From a virus: DNA of 64,000 nucleotides. The stretch is taken from positions 24,261-88,260 of the IMG/VR virus record IMGVR_UViG_3300032249_000373; one strand, 5' to 3'. A program made the translations under genes and the position numbers. Positions 57,484 through 64,000 of this stretch are shown here, piece by piece (position 1 is the first letter of the stretch; the number at the start of each line of letters is the position of its first letter). The notes beneath the pieces were generated by a model. That model made no database searches and was not told where the DNA came from. It worked only from the letters and a program-made list of their open reading frames with translations.

Positions 57484-57707
57484 TGGATGCAAAAAGCCAA
57501 GCACTTCTTGATCATTTAATTAATCAAGGCGCTATTCAAATATCAGACATTGACAGTAATGGAGAGATTGTTTATTCTATTACTGATAAGTTGCAGGAAG
57601 TTCATCCAGAACTATATATGGAACTTAAAGATGAATTTGAGCACAACATGTTTGAGATGATAAATCAAGGACCAAGAATTATGACGTGGAGAATTAGGGC
57701 AAAATAA
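57483..57707 (+). CDS. Hypothetical protein (paralog of 57958..58287)
   Basis: LI..GA......DS...E..YSIT.K.QEV.P..Y shared. Confidence 0.6.
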   Translation: MDAKSQALLDHLINQGAIQISDIDSNGEIVYSITDKLQEVHPELYMELKDEFEHNMFEMINQGPRIMTWRIRAK

Positions 57708-57971
57708 ATGAAAATGATTCTTTATTTTACTGCTGATTGGTGTAATCCATGTAAACAGACAAAGCCCATTGTTGAAGAGTTAAATCGTGAACAGATTATG
57801 GCTAAGTTTTTTATTGTTGATGTTGATGTTGATATTGAAATGACTAAAGATTTTGAGATTAAGTCTGTTCCTACATTTATAGTAATGAAAAATAATACTG
57901 AGATTTATCGTACAACTGGTGCAAAAACAAGGCAGCAGTTAGAGGAGTTAATTAGATATGAACAACAATGA
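57708..57971 (+). CDS. trxA: Thioredoxin
   Basis: FTADWCNPCK, IKSVPTF. Confidence 0.9.
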   Translation: MKMILYFTADWCNPCKQTKPIVEELNREQIMAKFFIVDVDVDIEMTKDFEIKSVPTFIVMKNNTEIYRTTGAKTRQQLEELIRYEQQ

Positions 57972-58287
57972 AGATGAACTAATCAAAAATCTAATACTTG
58001 AAGGTGCCCTAGAAGTTGCTGGAGTAGATTCAGAAACTAATGAACTTCTGTATAGCATTACTCCAAAAATGCAAGAAGTTATGCCAGATATGTATGAAGA
58101 CCATCTAACTCAAGTAAACAAAGATCTTTTAAACCTATGGGAAAAGGGATACGTTAATATTGACTTTTTCTTGGCAGACCCAGTAGTAACTATATCTGAA
58201 AAGGGTCTTGACAAGAGTGAGATTTCTAAACTTACCAAGCCTGAGATTTGGGCATTAGAAGAAGTCAAAAGACTTCTAAAAAGATAA
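57958..58287 (+). CDS. Hypothetical protein (paralog of 57483..57707)
   Basis: N-terminal half shared with 57483..57707. Confidence 0.6.
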   Translation: MNNNEDELIKNLILEGALEVAGVDSETNELLYSITPKMQEVMPDMYEDHLTQVNKDLLNLWEKGYVNIDFFLADPVVTISEKGLDKSEISKLTKPEIWALEEVKRLLKR

Positions 58288-58306
58288 AGTCTGATATAAT
58301 CGTTAT

Positions 58307-58891
58307 ATGATAAAAGAGGGCGACTTTGTTATGGGCATGACATCTGAGGGTGTTATGCATGGCGTTGTAGAGCACATTATGGTTGAGGGTGGAACATTAG
58401 GGACTCCTGGATCAGAGTATGCCCTTGAGTCAATGCCACCAGAAAACCCAGCAATGTCTGTTAGAATTTATAAAGAAGAAGATGGCAAGTGGGAACCAAC
58501 AGCCTATAGTATTGGGATGATGTACAAGGATGCAACTGTTGCAGACATAAACAATCACAATATGGAAGAGGATAGCGAAGAGATGGATTCAGAAGTTGCA
58601 ATGGCAATGTATGATTCATCAATTGGAAAATCACAAGAAATGGAAGACGAAATGGAAAAAGCAAAAAAGCCTAACTATGGTGAAATGATTCAACCACGTC
58701 GTGGTGGCTCAACACCTTCTAACCCAAGACTTTATGCAAGAGTTGTGCAAGCAGCAAAAGATAAGTTTGACGTTTATCCATCTGCAGTTGCAAACTCTTG
58801 GGTTGTTCAAGAATACAAGCGCCGTGGTGGAACATATAAGTCTGAAAAAGAATTGGGATCAGATAATTTTTGGAATGGATTTTTAAAATAA
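58307..58891 (+). CDS. Two-domain hypothetical protein, putative capsid-internal protein
   Basis: SH3/Tudor-like N-domain (EGDFV...GVVEHI), acidic linker, YARV...AK.KFDVYPSA.AN.W....YK.RGG domain, C-terminal FWNGFLK. Leaderless-type promoter TGATATAAT 58292-58300. Confidence 0.55.
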   Translation: MIKEGDFVMGMTSEGVMHGVVEHIMVEGGTLGTPGSEYALESMPPENPAMSVRIYKEEDGKWEPTAYSIGMMYKDATVADINNHNMEEDSEEMDSEVAMAMYDSSIGKSQEMEDEMEKAKKPNYGEMIQPRRGGSTPSNPRLYARVVQAAKDKFDVYPSAVANSWVVQEYKRRGGTYKSEKELGSDNFWNGFLK

Positions 58892-59025
58892 TGCCAAAGA
58901 AAAAAGCACAATCATTTAATGCAACACAAATCAAAGATGGAAAGATTGTACGCATGAACAAAAACGGTACAGTTAAATCTATTATTGGTCCATACGAAGT
59001 GAAGCATCCAAAGAAGGATAAGTAA
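58891..59025 (+). CDS. Small basic protein (not in ORF track)
   Basis: MPKKKAQSFNATQIKDGKIVRMNKNGTVKSIIGPYEVKHPKKDK; stop/start overlaps on both sides. Confidence 0.55.
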   Translation: MPKKKAQSFNATQIKDGKIVRMNKNGTVKSIIGPYEVKHPKKDK

Positions 59026-59396
59026 TGGCAGATACATATTCACCCAATGCAGGCATGAAGGCTGCTGCAAGACGTGCTTTAAAGTGGAAAGAAGATGGCA
59101 AGGCAACAGGGGCTGGAACTCCTGTCGGCTGGGGCAGAGCAACAGATATTGTTAGTGGATCGCCTATGTCTCTTGATACTGTTAAAAGAATGTACTCTTT
59201 CTTTTCACGTCATGAAGTAGATAAAAAAGGAAAAGGTTTCTTTGATGGTCCAGAGTTTCCATCAAATGGAAGAATAATGTGGGATGCCTGGGGTGGAGAT
59301 GCAGGATTTGCATGGAGTCGCAGCATAGTTGAACGTGAAAAAAGCAAGACAGAAAAGGTTTGGCAAGGAAGTCCATTTAGTTTCAAGGGGGAATAA
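59025..59396 (+). CDS. Phage head-associated hypothetical protein
   Basis: GTPVGWGRA...LDTVKRMYSFFSRHE...GRIMWDAWGGDAG, a domain commonly seen near phage head genes; C-terminal VWQGSPF. Confidence 0.55.
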   Translation: MADTYSPNAGMKAAARRALKWKEDGKATGAGTPVGWGRATDIVSGSPMSLDTVKRMYSFFSRHEVDKKGKGFFDGPEFPSNGRIMWDAWGGDAGFAWSRSIVEREKSKTEKVWQGSPFSFKGE

Positions 59397-59398
59397 GT

Positions 59399-59578
59399 AT
59401 GGAAGATTTAACTATTGATGAATTAAGACAACTTTTGGCATTCTATAAACAAAGAGCGTCAGACGTAGAGTTTTCGTTATTACAGACGCAAATAAAACTA
59501 AATAAGTTTATGTCTGCTCAATTAGTTTCAGATCAAAATGTTTCAAAAAAAGAAGCACCAGAAAAAACAACTAAATAA
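59399..59578 (+). CDS. Small coiled-coil protein (not in ORF track)
   Basis: MEDLTIDELRQLLAFYKQRASDVEFSLLQTQIKLNK... Confidence 0.5.
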   Translation: MEDLTIDELRQLLAFYKQRASDVEFSLLQTQIKLNKFMSAQLVSDQNVSKKEAPEKTTK

Positions 59579-59590
59579 TTAGGAGAAAAG

Positions 59591-60007
59591 ATGCAGGCTA
59601 TTTTAATTATCGGCTTGACATTGATCTCTTTTTCATCTATAATTATAGTAATGAACAAAAAAAGAAAAAAATCTTTTAATAAAGTATTGTATCGTCAAAG
59701 CGATATGCACAATATATTAAAAGATTTTTTCTTTAAGGACATTTTTGATGATAAAGTTGTTACTTCTCAATCTCGGATTTGGAAAGAAAAACAAACAACT
59801 AGGGTTGTCATAATAGATCAAAAAGCATATTGGGTATCAAATAACATGTTTTATGTTGGTGATACAGTTGAGGGAAAGGTTAGACCAGAAACTGGTAAGC
59901 CTTTAGACACAACCAAGATGTCAAAAAAAGAAATAGATAAGATGTTATTCATCCTGGATAACTTAAAGAATGGGAAACTAAATGATAGTGGCAGTGCAGG
60001 GAACTAA
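59591..60007 (+). CDS. Hypothetical protein with N-terminal TM anchor
   Basis: Hydrophobic N-terminus followed by KKRKK; AGGAG SD. Confidence 0.55.
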   Translation: MQAILIIGLTLISFSSIIIVMNKKRKKSFNKVLYRQSDMHNILKDFFFKDIFDDKVVTSQSRIWKEKQTTRVVIIDQKAYWVSNNMFYVGDTVEGKVRPETGKPLDTTKMSKKEIDKMLFILDNLKNGKLNDSGSAGN

Positions 60008-60332
60008 TGAGTTTGATGACTATAACCTATTCCTTCGTGCTATAAGCGTTGCTTTATCTGGAATGAAAGAAGAAGAAAAAGATTTTATAATTTATTCTGT
60101 TGGTCCAACAAGGGTCAACTCTTTTGTTTCAGAGTTTTCAAACCTTTCAGAAAGAGGAATGAAGGCAAGGGGTCGTAAGATAAAGTTTTACAAAGTTCCA
60201 GAAAGTTGGGTACATGACAACATGGATCAAGTAAACTATTTTGCATTTCTTAGTAAACCAAAAGAGCCAGTATCCAAACTAACCACTTTTGCAGAATCAA
60301 AAAATGTAGAAGTAGGAATCTTCCGTTACTAA
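59982..60332 (+). CDS. SLOG superfamily (DUF2493/YspA-like) protein
   Basis: MIVAVQGTNEFDDYNLF start typical of DUF2493. Confidence 0.5.
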   Translation: MIVAVQGTNEFDDYNLFLRAISVALSGMKEEEKDFIIYSVGPTRVNSFVSEFSNLSERGMKARGRKIKFYKVPESWVHDNMDQVNYFAFLSKPKEPVSKLTTFAESKNVEVGIFRY

Positions 60333-60345
60333 AAGAAAGAATACA

Positions 60346-60555
60346 ATGATAATTAATTCGTTAGCACACATGGAAAAGATTGTTTCAAAGAATAAAGAAC
60401 TTGAGTGGGTTGGTTGGGACGTTGTAGAGCGTAAGAGATCAGACCTTGCAAGAACATCTCCAAGTGGAGTACGTGTAAAAAATGCATGGTACCTACAAAA
60501 AACCTTTAACCTTGATCGCAATGGTTGGGATATTCCAAACAAATACGGTCAGTAA
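60346..60555 (+). CDS. Hypothetical protein
   Basis: 69-aa ORF in co-linear run. Confidence 0.55.
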   Translation: MIINSLAHMEKIVSKNKELEWVGWDVVERKRSDLARTSPSGVRVKNAWYLQKTFNLDRNGWDIPNKYGQ

Positions 60556-60840
60556 ATGAAACAACATTTATGGAAAGATGAAGCAGCGTGTCTTGGTCTT
60601 GATACTAATATATTTTTTGATAAGTATGAAGACAGTGTAGATGTACGTCCAATTGTAGATTCAATGTGCCAAAGATGTCCAGTTTCAAAGATTTGCTTTG
60701 CTAACGGAGTTTCTGGTAAAGAGTATGGTGTTTGGGGTGGAGTATTTCTTGAACTTGGAAACATATCTAGAGAGTTTAATAAACACAAAACTAAACAAGA
60801 CTGGGCTAATACTTGGCAAGCATTGACAATGGAGAAGTAA
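60556..60840 (+). CDS. whiB: WhiB-family Fe-S transcription factor
   Basis: AACLG..IFF...CQRCPV..IC...YGVWGG (4 Cys plus GVWGG). Confidence 0.9.
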   Translation: MKQHLWKDEAACLGLDTNIFFDKYEDSVDVRPIVDSMCQRCPVSKICFANGVSGKEYGVWGGVFLELGNISREFNKHKTKQDWANTWQALTMEK

Positions 60841-61071
60841 TTGTATACAGACAATATGCGTAGAGCCTTTCACTCTATTGTTCCTCCAAAAGGATTTACT
60901 ATAGAGTTAATTGACAACGAACATTTCTTAACTATCAAGTTAAACGAATTTAAGTTTGCAAAAATGGTTCATGACGATAAAATACAGGCTCTTCAATATG
61001 TTTTAAATTTAAAGAAAGCATTAGAGTTGGAAGGCGCAATTGTTTTGGTTACAAGAGAGGCTATAAAATGA
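60841..61071 (+). CDS. Hypothetical protein
   Basis: TTG-start ORF coupled to neighbours. Confidence 0.5.
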   Translation: MYTDNMRRAFHSIVPPKGFTIELIDNEHFLTIKLNEFKFAKMVHDDKIQALQYVLNLKKALELEGAIVLVTREAIK

Positions 61072-61982
61072 GAATCTTTATATCTATTGCTTCTTATCGT
61101 GATCCAGAACTTCAATGGACAATTAAAAGTGCTATTGAAAATGCTAACAATCCAGACAATCTATATTTTGGAGTTGTTCATCAAGGAGTTGACTCAGAAT
61201 TATTTGACATTCACTCAACTAAAAACATGTCTTTAATTAAGATGCATCCAAAAGAGGCAAAAGGTGCAGGATTTGCAAGAGCAAAAGCGATGGAACTGTA
61301 CTCTGGACAAGAGTATTTTCTTCAAATTGATTCACATACAAGGTTTGCTCCTGGATGGGACTTAATATGTATTGATCAGTTAAACAGGGCTAAAAATATA
61401 TCTGGTCATAGTCGTGTATTGTTGTCATACTTTCCTGCCCCTTTTGAACCTGAAAGAAATGGAGGTATGTTTTTAGTAAAAAATAACCCAAAAATAAAAG
61501 AATATCCAACTAGACAAAAAATATTATTAAATAAAAGAAAACAGTGGACAGCAGAAAGATTTGAGTTTGATAGTAAACTAAAAGAAAACCCAGAACTTTC
61601 TCAAACAGTTCTTGGTGGATTTATGTTTTCAGATGGATCAATAGTTAACGAAGTGCCTTATGATCCAGAGATTAGTTTCTTTGGTGAAGAGATTTGTTTT
61701 GCTATGAGATCATGGACAAGAGGATGGGACATATACTCTCCTTCAAAAAATATTGTTTATCATTTTTATTCTCGTGGAGGATACAGCAAGATATGGAAAG
61801 ATAGAAATTTACGTGGTATGTCTTGGAAAGAAATAGAAGATATCTCGTATAGTAAACAAAAAAGAGTTCTTTGTGGCGAAGAAAAGGGAGTTTTTGGTGC
61901 TGGAAACATTAGAACCCTTTCCGAGTATGAGATCTTTACTAATACTAACTTTAAAGATTTTTATAGTTTGACAAAGCCTTAG
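61068..61982 (+). CDS. GT-A glycosyltransferase, Skp1-type GlcNAc transferase family (PF11397-like)
   Basis: IFISIASYRDPEL, GAGFAR, FLQIDSHTRF..GWD, PYDP...F.GEE, R.WT.GWDIYSP...VYHFY. Confidence 0.8.
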   Translation: MRIFISIASYRDPELQWTIKSAIENANNPDNLYFGVVHQGVDSELFDIHSTKNMSLIKMHPKEAKGAGFARAKAMELYSGQEYFLQIDSHTRFAPGWDLICIDQLNRAKNISGHSRVLLSYFPAPFEPERNGGMFLVKNNPKIKEYPTRQKILLNKRKQWTAERFEFDSKLKENPELSQTVLGGFMFSDGSIVNEVPYDPEISFFGEEICFAMRSWTRGWDIYSPSKNIVYHFYSRGGYSKIWKDRNLRGMSWKEIEDISYSKQKRVLCGEEKGVFGAGNIRTLSEYEIFTNTNFKDFYSLTKP

Positions 61983-61996
61983 TGTTAGGATATAAT
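61968..61996 (+). promoter_or_regulatory. sigmaA-type promoter, probably leaderless
   Basis: TTGACA (61968-61973), 17 nt spacer, TATAAT (61991-61996), 6 nt before ATG 62003. Confidence 0.7.
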
Positions 61997-62002
61997 TAAA
62001 AC

Positions 62003-62449
62003 ATGTGGAGTGGTGATATGAAAGATATTTTTATAGTTGTTTTTGCAACATTGTCTGTTTGTTTTGCAGCCTCATACATATTGATTTTAAGACAGTCTAT
62101 TAAACTTAAAAGAGATATTTCAAAACTTTTTATTGAAAAAACTTTGCTTCAAGAATATGTTGATCTAACTAAGTCTACAAAAATAAAAGAAGAATCAGAT
62201 GATTCAATACATAAAGAAAACTTTATTAAGTTTCTTTCTGATTCTAGACTATGGGCATTTGAATATATTGAAAGTGTGCAAAAGGGTTTAACTAGGTTTG
62301 TCAATGATGTTGATGCAGACATATCACACTTTGATGAATATGGGGATGCTTTATCTATGTCAAGACCAGACTATCCCTCTATGAAAAATATTTCAAAAGC
62401 ATATAAAGAACTAAAAACATTGCTTCCAGAAGAAGATAAAGACTTATAA
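62003..62449 (+). CDS. Hypothetical membrane-anchored protein
   Basis: N-terminal TM helix; FIKFLSDSRLWAFEYIE. Confidence 0.55.
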   Translation: MWSGDMKDIFIVVFATLSVCFAASYILILRQSIKLKRDISKLFIEKTLLQEYVDLTKSTKIKEESDDSIHKENFIKFLSDSRLWAFEYIESVQKGLTRFVNDVDADISHFDEYGDALSMSRPDYPSMKNISKAYKELKTLLPEEDKDL

Positions 62450-63174
62450 TGAAAAAAATAATAAATTTTTATCCAAGAGACTATGAGGTAAGTTCATTAC
62501 TAGATGCCCCAACTGTAGCAAAAAAATTTGTACCTGAATGGTATAAGAGCCTTGGATCCTCCTATATAGGAAAATCAGGATTTAGTTTCCCTGGACCAAA
62601 AAAATGTATTCCATTTTTAGATACCTTTACTTCTGGATATATACATGAACTTGCATGTGACGTTGAGGTAGTTAATTCTGGGTGGAGTGAAGAAAAACAA
62701 GAAGACGTTATAACCTACAGGTGGGCTGCATCCCATTTAAGCAAAATAAGGCCAGTAATAACAAGACAAGAAGAAAGCAATGCGCCACACACATTTCCAA
62801 AATTTTTAGGTTATCATAATATTGAGTTTCAATGGTATACAATGTGGGATGCACAGACACCACCAGGATATAGCACAATATATACTCATCCATTTAATAG
62901 GTTTGATTTACCCTTTCAAACTATGACTGGAATTATTGATACTGACAAATGGCACGGGGCAGGGCCAGTTCCATTTTTATTAAAAAGTGGATTTCAGGGC
63001 TTAATTCCAGCAGGTACACCAATAATTCAATTCTTTCCATTTAAAAGAGAAGATTGGGAATCTAAAAAAATGGATTATGATTATAAAAGAGATATGAAGG
63101 ATCAGTATTCATTAAAAAAATTTATACAAAATGGATATAAAAAAGATTTTTGGTCAAGAAAAAATTATTCATAG
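62449..63174 (+). CDS. Hypothetical protein, possible dUTPase-like beta fold (paralog of 55275..55988)
   Basis: CIPFLDTFTSGY, THPFNRFDLP, GIIDTD, GTPIIQFFPFKRE. Confidence 0.55.
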   Translation: MKKIINFYPRDYEVSSLLDAPTVAKKFVPEWYKSLGSSYIGKSGFSFPGPKKCIPFLDTFTSGYIHELACDVEVVNSGWSEEKQEDVITYRWAASHLSKIRPVITRQEESNAPHTFPKFLGYHNIEFQWYTMWDAQTPPGYSTIYTHPFNRFDLPFQTMTGIIDTDKWHGAGPVPFLLKSGFQGLIPAGTPIIQFFPFKREDWESKKMDYDYKRDMKDQYSLKKFIQNGYKKDFWSRKNYS

Positions 63175-63184
63175 GAAAGGTAAA

Positions 63185-63343
63185 ATGAAAGATATATTAT
63201 TGTCAACACTAACAGGTTTTGGATGTGGTGTAGTATTTGCTGCATTCAAATTGCCAGTCCCTGCCCCGCCAGTTTTTGCGGGAGTCGCAGGAATTGTAGG
63301 GCTATGGGCTGGATATGCTATACTAATTAAGGTTCTATCCTAG
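63185..63343 (+). CDS. DUF1427/XapX-like small membrane protein
   Basis: G..CGVVFAAFKLPVPAPP..AG.AGIVGLW.GY; AGGAAAGG SD. Confidence 0.7.
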   Translation: MKDILLSTLTGFGCGVVFAAFKLPVPAPPVFAGVAGIVGLWAGYAILIKVLS

Positions 63344-63351
63344 GAGGAAAA

Positions 63352-63636
63352 ATGAACACAGAACAACTAAAGGCACTACTTGCATCATACGGACGTTCAG
63401 TCCTTGCATCAGGCCTTGCACTATACATGGCAGGCGTAACAGATCCAAAGGATCTATGGACTGCACTTGTAGCAGCACTTGCACCAGTTGCAATTAGAGC
63501 AATCAATCCTAACGACAAGGCTTTTGGTATCTTGCCAGATGCTAAGGCTGTAGAGATGGCTCTGAAGGCTGCTAAGGCACCTGTAAAGAAGGCTGCTAAG
63601 AAGGCTGTTGCTAAGAAGGCTGCGCCAAAGAAGTAA
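63352..63636 (+). CDS. Holin-like membrane protein with K/A-rich tail
   Basis: Two TM segments, RAINPND..FG typical of actinophage holins; AGGAGG SD; terminator follows. Confidence 0.6.
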   Translation: MNTEQLKALLASYGRSVLASGLALYMAGVTDPKDLWTALVAALAPVAIRAINPNDKAFGILPDAKAVEMALKAAKAPVKKAAKKAVAKKAAPKK

Positions 63637-63653
63637 TATTTACTTACAGAATT

Positions 63654-63681
63654 GCCAGTCTAGAGATAGGCTGGCTTTTTT
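63654..63681 (+). terminator. Rho-independent terminator between convergent genes
   Basis: GCCAGTCTA-GAGA-TAGGCTGGC-TTTTTT. Confidence 0.8.
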
Positions 63682-63684
63682 GTT

Positions 63685-64000
63685 TTATGAGTTGATTAAG
63701 TTTATATATTTATCTCTTAATGACTCTGTTGAAAAATTAAGAAAACCAAGATCAAATGCCTCTTGTTTAATTAAATTATCTTTCTTTTCCATATACTCAT
63801 CAACTGTTTTTGCAAGGGCTTTTGCATCAATATCATAGACATCAATAACAGCCTTAGCCTTAAACTCATCAATCTTACTTGCCTCTACCGTCCATTTATC
63901 AGGAAGGATAGCATTGTTTGGAGAAATGCGGGGCATAAAAACAGGTAGCCCACTAAGAAGAGCCTCATTCATAGGTAAACATAGTCCAGCATACCTTCTA
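63685..64000 (-). CDS. GT-B (GT4-like) glycosyltransferase, 5'-truncated by window edge
   Basis: Frame is open to the window end: RRYAGLCLPMNEALLSGLPVFM matches the GT4 P..EG.G.P..EA...G.PV motif. Confidence 0.7.
   Translation of the reverse strand, partial: RRYAGLCLPMNEALLSGLPVFMPRISPNNAILPDKWTVEASKIDEFKAKAVIDVYDIDAKALAKTVDEYMEKKDNLIKQEAFDLGFLNFSTESLRDKYINLINS

Noticed and set aside
1-64000. Alternative genetic code, DGR, integrase or transposon
   Set aside because: Standard-code ORFs tile the window without interruption, there is no suppressor tRNA, and no reverse transcriptase, recombinase or transposase motifs were recognised.

Overview
A 64 kb segment of a large, AT-rich, long-tailed (siphovirus-like) dsDNA bacteriophage genome. 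Almost all genes lie on the + strand. The order is: partial tail-fibre-like gene; class II ribonucleotide reductase (nrdJ); a large LamG-like virion protein; HK97-type head module (portal, protease with nested scaffold, major capsid); neck and tail genes; a 3182-aa tape measure protein (TMP); tail tip; replication and recombination module (DnaB helicase, primase, SSB, DnaE, RecA, Hjc-, Cas4- and RuvC-like nucleases); terminase; then an accessory region. The accessory region holds secreted surface proteins, a proteasome-beta-like Ntn hydrolase, a carbamoyltransferase, 3 tRNAs, Hsp20, a CHAP endolysin, an SNase-family nuclease, thioredoxin, WhiB, glycosyltransferases and a holin-like gene. WhiB, FmdB-type and DUF1427-type genes and many apparently leaderless sigmaA-type promoters suggest a low-GC (probably freshwater) actinobacterial host (inference). 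No integrase, CRISPR array, intein or reverse transcriptase was seen. The most notable observations are: (1) a kinase-like and an HNH-like module embedded in the TMP between repeated conserved linker units; (2) a shared C-terminal W-x-G-x(0-2)-F motif on the scaffold and two distant small proteins, a possible capsid cargo-loading tag; (3) tail chaperones G and GT encoded as duplicated separate genes instead of by frameshifting; (4) a host-surface remodelling gene set; (5) an anti-Shine-Dalgarno switch overlapping the promoter of the proteasome-like gene. All assignments are from motif recognition by eye; no searches were run.
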